A stretch of 64,000 bases of DNA. It comes from Dehalococcoidia bacterium. Lineage in GTDB: Bacteria; Chloroflexota; Dehalococcoidia; SpSt-223. The position numbers were made by a program, and so were the translations under genes. The notes beneath the pieces were generated by a model. That model saw nothing but the letters and a program-made list of their open reading frames with translations. It was not told where the DNA came from and searched no databases. The DNA lies in NCBI GenBank assembly GCA_026003895.1, contig BPIC01000007.1, positions 19,473-83,472 on the forward strand, written 5' to 3'. Shown here one piece after another: positions 9,049 through 16,949 of the stretch (position 1 is the first letter of the stretch; the number at the start of each line of letters is the position of its first letter).

Positions 9049-9783
9049 ATGGACCTGAACGGCAAGGTGTGCCTCATTACCGGCGCCTCGGGCGGTATCG
9101 GCGAAGCGATCGCCTACGAGTTGGCGAAGGAGGGCGCGTCGGTCGTGCTCTTCGCGCGGCGTGCCGATCGGCTGGAAACGGTGGCGGCGGCAATCGGCGG
9201 CGAGCGGGCCGCAACCGTGGTCGGCGATGTCAAGAACGCGGACGATATCCGGCGGGCCGTGGCGACCGCTGTCGAGCGATTTGGCGGGCTCGACGTGCTC
9301 ATCAACAATGCCGGCGTCTCGATCATGGGCAACCTGCACTCGATTCCGATCGAGCTGGTCGAGCACGGCTGGGCAGTGAACGTGATCGGACCGATCCTCT
9401 GCGTGCAGGCGGCGCTGCCGGAGATCGAGAAACGTGGCGGCATGATCGTCAACATCTCGTCGGCGATGTCGCTCCGTCCGACGAAGAACCTCGCCGTTTA
9501 TTCGGCGACGAAGGCGGCGCTGAATGTGATTTCGGCGTCGCTGCGCGAGGAATTGCGCGAGCGCGGGGTGCGAGTCTTGACCGTTCATCCCGGTTTTATC
9601 GCCAACGAGTTCACGCGCAACACCTTGGCCGCGCCGGGGATGGAAGCGGATTTGCAACGGCTGACCTCGATGCCGTCGGGCCGGACTTCCGAGGATGCGG
9701 CGCGCGATATCGTCGCAGCGATGAAGGCAGACGCCGAGGTGTACCGGTCGCTGCCGGAAATGCCGCTGACGACGCCCCTCTAG
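9049..9783 (+). CDS. Short-chain dehydrogenase/reductase (SDR)
   Basis: MDLNGKVCLITGASGGIGEAIA (TGxxxGxG), NNAG, and S...YSATKAAL (YxxxK). GGAGGA lies upstream of ATG 9049. Confidence 0.85.
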   Translation: MDLNGKVCLITGASGGIGEAIAYELAKEGASVVLFARRADRLETVAAAIGGERAATVVGDVKNADDIRRAVATAVERFGGLDVLINNAGVSIMGNLHSIPIELVEHGWAVNVIGPILCVQAALPEIEKRGGMIVNISSAMSLRPTKNLAVYSATKAALNVISASLREELRERGVRVLTVHPGFIANEFTRNTLAAPGMEADLQRLTSMPSGRTSEDAARDIVAAMKADAEVYRSLPEMPLTTPL

Positions 9784-10226
9784 CGGGCGAGCCGAACCCG
9801 CACTTGCTTCAACTGATAATAGAGGAAGCAACCAACGCAGAAGCCGGCGAGGGCGACCGCAGCAGCGAGGGCGACCATGCCCGCGAAGATCCAACCGATC
9901 AGCGGCGCTCCGGCGAGAAAGGCGAGTTGCGCCGCTGCCAGACAGCCGACCGCGATCGAATTGTTGAAGCGCATGAGAACGCGCGGCTCGCGCGGCGCAT
10001 CCGGGATCCAGCGAGCGAGGATGAGGCTGCCAATCCGAAAGATAGGGCTCCACCGTTGGCCGAAGAGAACGCCCGGCAGGAGCAGCCCGAGCACCACGGT
10101 CGTAAGCAGCGGTTGCTGCAAGACCAAGCCAGCGATCACGCCGGTGAGCAGGGTCCAACGATTGAGCATGACGATCGGCATGGGAATGTCGTCGCAAGAC
10201 ACGGCGGCACGGGCAGAGAGCAACAT
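9780..10226 (-). CDS. DUF4395-like small membrane protein
   Basis: 148-aa ORF with four hydrophobic segments and an N-terminal NRWTLL motif. Family assignment is from memory. Confidence 0.55.
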   Translation of the reverse strand: MLLSARAAVSCDDIPMPIVMLNRWTLLTGVIAGLVLQQPLLTTVVLGLLLPGVLFGQRWSPIFRIGSLILARWIPDAPREPRVLMRFNNSIAVGCLAAAQLAFLAGAPLIGWIFAGMVALAAAVALAGFCVGCFLYYQLKQVRVRLAR

Positions 10227-10258
10227 GAACGAACTCCGCGCCCAACGGGGCCGCCGGA

Positions 10259-10288
10259 GTTATAAAGTAAACCGGTCAAGAAAGTCAA
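10259..10288 (-). promoter_or_regulatory. Putative sigma70-type promoter for the DUF4395 gene
   Basis: An AT-rich patch in otherwise GC-rich DNA. The minus strand reads TTGACT (10288-10283), an 18-nt spacer, then TATAAC (10264-10259), about 33 nt upstream of ATG 10226. Confidence 0.3.
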
Positions 10289-10309
10289 GTTTCGCGGCGG
10301 CGTGCGCGG

Positions 10310-11188
10310 TCAGCCGGCGATTGCCTCCGCCAGCGCTGGGTTGACGATCTGCTCGAACTGGACGTCGTCGCCGATCATCCCCCACGAACGCATCCAGTCG
10401 CGGGCGCGCTCGAACTCGGCGCGGGTGTAGGGTTTGGGCGGGACGTAGGCGATTCGTCGCCAGTTGACTTCTTCGTACGTCAGATCGCCGGCGCGCTCCA
10501 TCGCCAAGATGCGCCGACGGTAGCCTTCGACGTCGCTGTTGAGGAAGTCGACGGCGCGGCGCAGTGCCCGGATCAAGCCGGCGGCCGTAGCAGCATCGAC
10601 GCTGTCGTTCACCACCTCGCCGCCGCGAAAGACAGCTTCACAGACGACCCGGCAGCCCTGCTTTTCCGCGAGGCTGGTGAACGGTTCGGGGAGGATCGCG
10701 GCCTCGACCTCGCCGGCGAGCAGCGCTTCCAGCCGGTTGCGATGAAAGCCGCCGTGCAGACAGTGGATCTCCTCGCGCGGCAGGAAGCCCTCGAGCAGCT
10801 TGAGCGTGAGGTAGTGGCCGCCGGTCTCCCAGGCGACGGCGACGGGACGGCCTGCGAGGTCATCCGCCCATTCGATCCCGCTGTCCGGCCGGACGACGAT
10901 CGACTGCGTTTCAAGGAGCGGCCGCCGCGCGATAAGCCAGCCACGATGCTGTGCCCGCTCGACTCGGCGAAGACAGCCCCACTCGCAGGCGTTGAAAATC
11001 TGGATCTCGCCGGCGTCGAAGAGGCGCTCCTTCTGGCGGTCGGCGAGCGATCGGGCTTGCGGCTGCGAGATGTCCTTGTCCATCACACGGATCTCGAGCC
11101 CCTCATCCGCGAAGAAGCCCTGTTCCTGTCCGACGATCCACGGTAGGTCGTAGGCGGGGCCGTTCGGGCCCACGGTCAACGTCCGCAT
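10310..11188 (-). CDS. NMT1/THI5-like (SsuA/TauA-fold) substrate-binding-domain protein, no signal peptide
   Basis: 292-aa ORF with GGGAGG upstream. The two-lobe SBP-like pattern (DLPWIVGQEQGFFADEGLEIRV..., GRPVAVAWETGGHYL) lacks an N-terminal hydrophobic leader. Confidence 0.6.
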   Translation of the reverse strand: MRTLTVGPNGPAYDLPWIVGQEQGFFADEGLEIRVMDKDISQPQARSLADRQKERLFDAGEIQIFNACEWGCLRRVERAQHRGWLIARRPLLETQSIVVRPDSGIEWADDLAGRPVAVAWETGGHYLTLKLLEGFLPREEIHCLHGGFHRNRLEALLAGEVEAAILPEPFTSLAEKQGCRVVCEAVFRGGEVVNDSVDAATAAGLIRALRRAVDFLNSDVEGYRRRILAMERAGDLTYEEVNWRRIAYVPPKPYTRAEFERARDWMRSWGMIGDDVQFEQIVNPALAEAIAG

Positions 11189-11358
11189 CGCGCCCTCCCG
11201 GCTGCCATCCTACGAGCGCGACGAACGGACGTCAACGAATGCGCGATCGTGCACAGATTTCGTGTGACATAATTGTTTCCCGGCAGGGCATCGTCGGCGA
11301 AACGAATGCCGCACCGATTCCGTGGTCACGGCGTGACACCTCGAACGGCGGTGGAGTG

Positions 11359-14300
11359 ATGCGGGGATTTCGCACTGTTTCGGCAACCGTGACGGCGCTC
11401 GGCATCATCCTGTTGGCGGCGGCGATCCCGCTCCCGGTCGCGCCGGGGTCCGGGCCGGCGTCTGCGAGTGCTCTTCGGCTCGAGATTCAACAGGAGCGTG
11501 CTCCTGGAGAGCGGCCGTCCGTCAGCGCCTACCTCGACGCGGACGGCGCTCTCGTGCTGCCCGACGGGTTTTCCGGTGCGCTCGACCCAACGGGCTACCA
11601 GCTGGTCGAGAGCCTCGACGGCCGGCCACGCTTTCTGCCTGCCGATCGCGGTCCGCTTGCGCCCGGCAGCGACTCCAATTGGAGCAGCCTCTTCCCTCTC
11701 ACGGGGACGGAGGACACCGTCTCTGCCATGGTCGCCTACAACGTCTCGGGAACGGTGATGATCTACATTGGCGGCGACTTTCTCGCGGCGGGCGATCAAG
11801 TCGTCAACCGGGTGGCGCGCTTCAACAGCGCGACGAGCCGGTGGGAAGCGCTGGGTTTCGGGCTGAACGGCTCCGTGACGGCAATGACGCGCATCGGAGA
11901 CGTGCTCTACGTTGGCGGCTCGTTCACGGCGCGCTGTCTGAATGTCGAATGTACGCAAACGAGCACGGCTGAAGGGATGAACCACGTCGCCGCCTACAAC
12001 ACGGTGACCGGGGTGTGGTCCGGCCTTGGCAACGGCCTCGATGGCAAGGTCGAGGCGCTGATCGACAATGGAAGCGAGGTCATTGCCGCCGGCAGCTTCG
12101 TTGAGCAGTGTGCCGACCCCACCTGTAGCACCACGCTGGGGCGCGTCGGCCTGAACCGCGTTGCGCGATGGGACGGGACGGCATGGCAGCGGCTGGGCTA
12201 CGGGCTGGACGATACTGTGTATGCGCTTGTTTACGCGCCGGTTGCAAAGGTTCTCTACGCTGGTGGGAGGTTCAAGCGTCGGTGCAACGACGCCGATTGC
12301 TTTTTTTCTACAACTGTTGGGTACAACCTTGTCGCCAGCTACGCGGATCCCTTTACCACGGTAGGGGGAACGTGGGCGACGCTCGGCAATGGCCTGCGTC
12401 ACAACACGTACTTCGGCCGTGTACAAAGTCTTGGGCGGAACCCGAACAACGACCGTATCTTCATCGGCGGTGAATTCAACGAAACGTGCTCGGACGTCTC
12501 CTGCACTGCTGGCACACTCGTCAGTCAGAATGTCGTCATCTGGGACCCTTCGACGAGCATGTGGCACAACGCTGGCAACGGAGTCGACGGCGTCGTCCAT
12601 GACTTTTTGTTCGTTGATGGCGCCATGCACCTGGTGGGGGCCTTTGAAGCGCCGTGCACGGCGCTCGCCTCGTCGTGCACGTCCAGCACGACCGTCATTC
12701 TGAACTCGGTCGCGCGCTACAACCCTGCGGGGGCAGGCAGCTTCGATCCGGTGGATTTCGGGGTCGCTGGCAACGCGTTCGTTCTCGATACCGTGGGCGG
12801 CACCACCGACCTGTACGTGGGCGGCGATTTTGATCAAGTCTGCGTCGTTGTGGCCGTCTGCGGCGGTCTCGTCGGCGGTCGTGGTCTGCAGGTCGGCAAT
12901 GTTGCCGTGCACCGTGCGGTCGGCGGTTGGCAAGCGATAGGGGCGCAGGGAAATAGCCCGTCGAGTGATATCCACGCAATCATCGTCCAGGGCGACGACG
13001 TCTACATTGGTGGCGCGTTCGGCAGGGTAGCCAACGTGCCGGGAACGAATGGGGTCGCCCGGTGGAATCGCAGCACGAACACGTGGTTTGCACTTGGCAA
13101 CGGGCTGGACGGTGTGGCTTATGCGCTCGTTTGGCATAACGGCCAGCTCTATGCCGGCGGCAGCTTTCGCAAGGCGTGTGCGGACGCTGACTGCACGACG
13201 ACCGGCGCCGACCTGAACCGGGTTGCCCGCTTTGACGGGGCAGCGTGGCAGCCGCTCGTTAATGGAGTGAACTATTCGGTCTACGCGCTCGCCTCAAGTG
13301 GGCCGACACTGTACCTCGGCGGGCCGTTCACCCGCGCCTGTTCGGATGCAACCTGTTCAACGTTTGGAACGAACATCAACCACGTCGCCGCTTGGGATGG
13401 CGCCACCTTCGTGCCCCTTGGCAACGGTCTCGACGAAAACGTGTACACCCTCCATATCGAGGGAAGCACGCTTTATGCCGGAGGCTCGTTCAACGAGCGC
13501 TGCACCAATGCGGACTGCACGACGAAGGAGGCGAACGGCGTCAACCGCGTCGCGCAATGGACGGGGTCGGAATGGCTGCCGGTGGGGTTTGGGCTGAACA
13601 ACAGGGTCGAGCGGCTCGTTTGGTTTGGCGGCCAGTTGGTTGTCGGTGGGACATTCGACGCCCGATGCACCAACGTGACCTGCTCGACCGAGGAGAAGAA
13701 CGGTGTTAATCGGATCGCCCGCTTCGACGGTTCGGCTTGGCAACCCTTCGGTTTCGGCTTCGACGACGGCGTCCTTGCGCTGCTGCCGCTGGGCGGTGCG
13801 CTCTTCGCCGGGGGCAGCTTTACGGCGCTCTGCGCCGACGCCTCCTGTGCAACCGAAGGCGCCGCACTCTCCGGCATCGCGCGGTGGGATCCCACCGTCG
13901 CGGCGTGGCTGCCGCTTGGCAGCGGCGTGCGCGCGAGGTCGGCATACGAGGTTGTGCGGGCGCTGGGCGGACTGGGTGGCTACGTGGTGGCGGGCGGACA
14001 GTTTGGGAGTGCTGGGGGGAAGGCGGCGGGGCGCTTCTCCCTCTTCGGTCCGGTCGCCGAAGCGGGCGTCGGTGCGATCGGCGTGCCGAACCCGGTGCTT
14101 GCCGGCGAGCGGATCACCTACACGGCGACAATCACCAATGTTGGGCCGGCGGTCGCGACGAGCGTTGTGCTGACGGCCACGCTCGACCCGGACACCACCT
14201 TCGAAGGCGCTGTTCCCTCGCAAGGCAGCTGTACGGGCACGACGACGATCGTTTGTTCACTTGGGTCGATCGCGGCGGGTAGTGCGGCGACGGTGACGGT

Positions 14301-14658
14301 TCGCGTGTTCTCGGAACTGGGGCCTTCCGGCGTCGTTGCCACCTTCGCAATCGGCACTGCCAGCATCGATCCGGTTGCCGGCAACGACGTGCTCGATGTC
14401 GGTACCGACGTGGTGACGGCGACGCCCTCGCCGCCGCCCGGCTCGACGGCGACACCGACGGTTCCGCCCGGCTCGACGGCGACGCCGACCCGAACGGCCA
14501 CACCGACGCGGACGGCGACCGTGCCACCACCGCCGGGTTCGACGCCGACCGTGACCCGCACGCCGCGGCCGACGCGCACCGCCACGCTTGGTCCAAACGC
14601 AGTTCGCAGCTTCTATCTTGGGAGTATGCCGGTCAACGTCGCCTACGACGGAGGGTAG
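11359..14658 (+). CDS. Large secreted protein: about 14 DUF5122-like beta-propeller blades (most with a Cys-pair insertion), a DUF11 domain and a PT-rich tail
   Basis: Start at ATG 11359 (MRGFRTVSATVTALGIILLAAAIPLPVAP is signal-like), preceded by GGTGGAG. There are 14 occurrences of the blade core (L/V)Y(V/A)GG.F. Blades are linked by N(R/H)VA(R/A)(W/F)(D/N)...W..LG.GL. DUF11-like block: ITYTATITNVGPAVATSVVLTATLD. C-terminal tail: TATPSPPPGSTATPTVPPGSTATPTRTATPTRTAT. Confidence 0.8.
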   Translation: MRGFRTVSATVTALGIILLAAAIPLPVAPGSGPASASALRLEIQQERAPGERPSVSAYLDADGALVLPDGFSGALDPTGYQLVESLDGRPRFLPADRGPLAPGSDSNWSSLFPLTGTEDTVSAMVAYNVSGTVMIYIGGDFLAAGDQVVNRVARFNSATSRWEALGFGLNGSVTAMTRIGDVLYVGGSFTARCLNVECTQTSTAEGMNHVAAYNTVTGVWSGLGNGLDGKVEALIDNGSEVIAAGSFVEQCADPTCSTTLGRVGLNRVARWDGTAWQRLGYGLDDTVYALVYAPVAKVLYAGGRFKRRCNDADCFFSTTVGYNLVASYADPFTTVGGTWATLGNGLRHNTYFGRVQSLGRNPNNDRIFIGGEFNETCSDVSCTAGTLVSQNVVIWDPSTSMWHNAGNGVDGVVHDFLFVDGAMHLVGAFEAPCTALASSCTSSTTVILNSVARYNPAGAGSFDPVDFGVAGNAFVLDTVGGTTDLYVGGDFDQVCVVVAVCGGLVGGRGLQVGNVAVHRAVGGWQAIGAQGNSPSSDIHAIIVQGDDVYIGGAFGRVANVPGTNGVARWNRSTNTWFALGNGLDGVAYALVWHNGQLYAGGSFRKACADADCTTTGADLNRVARFDGAAWQPLVNGVNYSVYALASSGPTLYLGGPFTRACSDATCSTFGTNINHVAAWDGATFVPLGNGLDENVYTLHIEGSTLYAGGSFNERCTNADCTTKEANGVNRVAQWTGSEWLPVGFGLNNRVERLVWFGGQLVVGGTFDARCTNVTCSTEEKNGVNRIARFDGSAWQPFGFGFDDGVLALLPLGGALFAGGSFTALCADASCATEGAALSGIARWDPTVAAWLPLGSGVRARSAYEVVRALGGLGGYVVAGGQFGSAGGKAAGRFSLFGPVAEAGVGAIGVPNPVLAGERITYTATITNVGPAVATSVVLTATLDPDTTFEGAVPSQGSCTGTTTIVCSLGSIAAGSAATVTVRVFSELGPSGVVATFAIGTASIDPVAGNDVLDVGTDVVTATPSPPPGSTATPTVPPGSTATPTRTATPTRTATVPPPPGSTPTVTRTPRPTRTATLGPNAVRSFYLGSMPVNVAYDGG

Positions 14659-14980
14659 GACTCCCGGCGACGAGACGTGTTCGCCGCGACGTTCGAAGAA
14701 CCCCCCTTGTCGCAGGAGCAGATGGGCCGGGCGCGGCGCCATCCTGAGCTTTCTCCGGCGCGAAACAAAACCGGCGTGATGCGTGGCTGAGCGCCTCGTC
14801 CGCGTCGGACACCGCGGTGAGCACCTTGCAGCGGAACGAATGGCGGACAAGGAGAGGCCGGCGGCGCCCTGCCCCTCTCCGTCCCGTTTGCGAGTGGTGC
14901 GCTGGACCTGTTGGTGGAGAGTTGCCCGCCCGAGTCCCGTCGAACTCGATGGGAGGAGGGCGTTCACTCCGGCTGCAGTG

Positions 14981-15006
14981 CAGCGGGGCCCCGCCGGGCC
15001 CCGCTG
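14981..15006 (-). terminator. GC-rich hairpin just downstream of the propeller gene stop (no U-tract)
   Basis: cagcggggcc-ccgccg-ggccccgctg forms a 10-bp perfect stem with a 6-nt loop, 6 nt after the TAG at 15012-15014. A homologous hairpin recurs at 20403-20426. Confidence 0.35.
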
Positions 15007-15529
15007 GTGGGCTAGCCGAGGGGCTGAGTGAGCAGGGTGATGGGGATCTGCTGGGCGGTGGTGGGGTTGCTCGAGGGCGTGCTGGTCGGGGTGGGCGTGT
15101 TGGTTGGTCCCGGTGGACTCGTTGGGGTGGGCGACGGTGTGGGGGTGGGGGTGGCGAGGGAGACGATGATGGAGACGGTGGTGGGGCCGGCGGAGCCGCC
15201 AGTGCCGTCGCTGGCAGTGACGGAGAAGGCGTCGCTGGGGTCGCGGCTGCCGCCATGCTGTTAGGTGAGGAGGCCGGCGTCGATGTCGGCTTGGGTGAAG
15301 GTGCTGCCGGTGGTGAGCGCAGTGCCGGATTTCTTGAGGGTGCCCTTGGTGGGTGGGGAGGTGAGGGAGAAGGTCTGGGAGGTGGGGGTGCCGGCGAAGC
15401 CGCCGGTGGCGAGGAGGTGGGAGGCGGCGAGGGTGGTGGTGCCGCCTTGGGTGACGGCGAGGGGTGAGGTGGTGATGGAGATGGGGGAGAGGGCCCAGCC
15501 GGCGTAGCCGTGGTGGATGCCGCCGCTCT

Positions 15530-16690
15530 CGATGCGGGTGAAGTCGCCGCCGGCGTCGAGGGCGGTGTTGCTGACGAAGAGAGCGAAGATGGTGCCGGCA
15601 GCGTTGGGGTTCCAACTGGTGGCGTTGATGAGGTCAACGGTGGTGTCGATGGCGGCGATGCGATTGCGGGCTTGGCCGCCGATTTGGGTGAAGTCGCCGC
15701 CGGCGTAGAGGGTGGTGCCGCTCAGGGCGAGGGCGAAGACGGCGTTATCGGCGTTGGGGTTCCAGGTGGTGGGGCTGCCGGTGGTGGTGTCGATGGCGGC
15801 GAGGTAATTGCGGGGCTGGCCGCCGATTTGGGTGAAGTCGCCGCCGGCGTAGACGGTGCCGCTGCCGAGGGCGAGGGCGCGGACAAAATTATTGGCGTTG
15901 GGGTCCCAGCTGGTGGGGGTGCCGGTGGTGGTGTCGATGGCGGCGAGGTAATTGCGGGTCTGGCCGCCGATGGAGGTGAAGTTGCCGCCGACGTAGAGGG
16001 TGGCGCCGCTGAGGGCGAGGGCGGAGACGAAGCCATTGGCGTTGGGGTCCCAGCTGGTGGGGGTGCCGGTAGTGGTATCGATGGCGGCGATGCGGTTGCG
16101 GGTCTGGCCGCCGATGGTGGTGAAGCTGCCGCCGACATAGAGCGTGGCGCCGCTGAGGGCAAGGGCGAACACCGAGTTATTGGCGTTGGGGGTCCCAGCT
16201 GGTAGGGTTGCCGGAGGTGCTGTCGATAGCGGCGATACGGTTGCGGGTCTGGCCGCCGATTTCGGTGAAGTCGCCGCCGACATAGAGCGTGGCGCCGCTG
16301 AGGGCGAGGGCTCTCACCGAGGAATTCGGGTTGGGGGCAAACGCTGGGTCGACGGTCTTGTCGCTTTTGATGTGGGCGAGGTTGGTGCGGGGGAGGCCGC
16401 CCACCTTGGTGAAGCTGCCGCCGACGAACCAGCCGCCACTGCCGTCAGAGACGAGGGCAAATACTGGGCCATTGACGGTGGGCCACGAGGCGTCGCGGGT
16501 GCCGCTGGTCGGGTCGAGGGCGACGAAGGAGCCGGTCGGCGGACCGATCTGGGTGAACTCGCCGCCGAGGTAGACGGTGGTGCCGCTGCGGAGGACCGCA
16601 TTGACGGGGCCGTTGGTGACCCACGTGGTGGCGGGGGCGTCGCTGGGGGCGGCGGTGGAGGGGGTGGCTGGGTGGAGCAGGGGGAGGACA
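15530..16690 (-). repeat. Tandem 144-bp (48-codon) coding repeats = propeller blades
   Basis: The anchor motif ggccgcc(g/c)a(t/c) or its diverged form starts at 15674, 15818, 15962, 16106, 16251, 16395 and 16539. Spacings are 144, 144, 144, 145, 144, 144. Units between 15670 and 16300 are near-identical at the DNA level. Confidence 0.85.
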
Positions 16691-16764
16691 GGGAGCAGGA
16701 GCAGGAGGAGCGCGAGGCGGGAGAGGGCCGAGCGCGCGCGCGGGAGCTGTGAGCGACGGGTCAT
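16289..16764 (-). repeat. Direct repeat copy A (5' end of the full-length propeller gene)
   Basis: Aligns by eye base-for-base, with most positions identical, to 19801-20270. Weaker similarity continues into the upstream leader regions (16765-16870 vs 20271-20400). Confidence 0.8.
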
Positions 16765-16949
16765 GCTGAGCCTCCTCCGGTGCAGGGTGGGCGGGGTGGA
16801 CGGTCGAATGCGGGGGTGCGCAGCGGCTGAGGGCGCGAAAAGGATACCAAGCGTGGAGGTGGTGGAGCAAGATGGGAGCGGAGTGCGGCCGCGACGCCAG
16901 CGAGCCGTGCTGTGGAGTCCTGTCGCGGGAGCGAACTTCTCTAAAACAC

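Larger units (their letters stand above)
15012..16764 (-). pseudogene. Secreted DUF5122 (delta-60-type) beta-propeller plus cadherin-like domain protein, disrupted by a frameshift and an in-frame stop
   Basis: ATG 16764 with GGAGGAGG upstream. Signal MTRRSQLPRARSALSRLALLLLLLPVLPLL. Eight blades of ..ALALSG.TLYVGG.FT.IGGQ.RN..AAID.TTG.PT.W.PNAN. The frame changes at G5 run 16188-16192, which joins track ORFs 16177..16995 and 15261..16283. TAA at 15261-15263 is followed in frame by QHGGSRDPSDAFSVTASDGTGGSAGPTTVSIIVS, a PT-rich tail, and TAG at 15012. Confidence 0.75.

Noticed and set aside
11326-13137. 603-aa minus-strand ORF antisense to the 14-blade propeller gene
   Set aside because: It is Arg/Pro/Asp-rich low-complexity sequence with no motif. 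The sense strand has periodic repeats, a signal peptide and an SD. This is the typical long antisense ORF of high-GC DNA.
14659-14980. 320-nt convergent gap with the hairpin ggagagg...cctctcc (14851-14880), inspected for an ncRNA or small gene
   Set aside because: No conserved ncRNA core (RNase P, tmRNA, SRP, 6S) was recognised. The ORFs there (14588..14779, 14783..15031) have no SD and a junk-like composition.
15261-15263. In-frame TAA (also at 20472-20474), considered as evidence of stop-codon reassignment or programmed readthrough
   Set aside because: TAA is used as a genuine terminator by neighbouring genes, for example argG at 18353-18355 and the FHA-ABC gene at 46678-46680. Ordinary nonsense mutation is the simpler explanation.
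14257-15637. 452-aa and 334-aa Pro/Arg/Ser-rich ORFs overlapping the 3' half of the DUF5122 gene
   Set aside because: These are alternate frames of a GC-rich repeat-coding region. Their periodicity derives from the real blade repeat, and they lack start context.
15530-16690. A regular 144-bp repeat array, considered as a CRISPR-like array or a DGR template/variable-region pair
   Set aside because: The repeats are contiguous with no spacers, lie in one open reading frame and encode propeller blades. No cas genes or reverse transcriptase are in the window.
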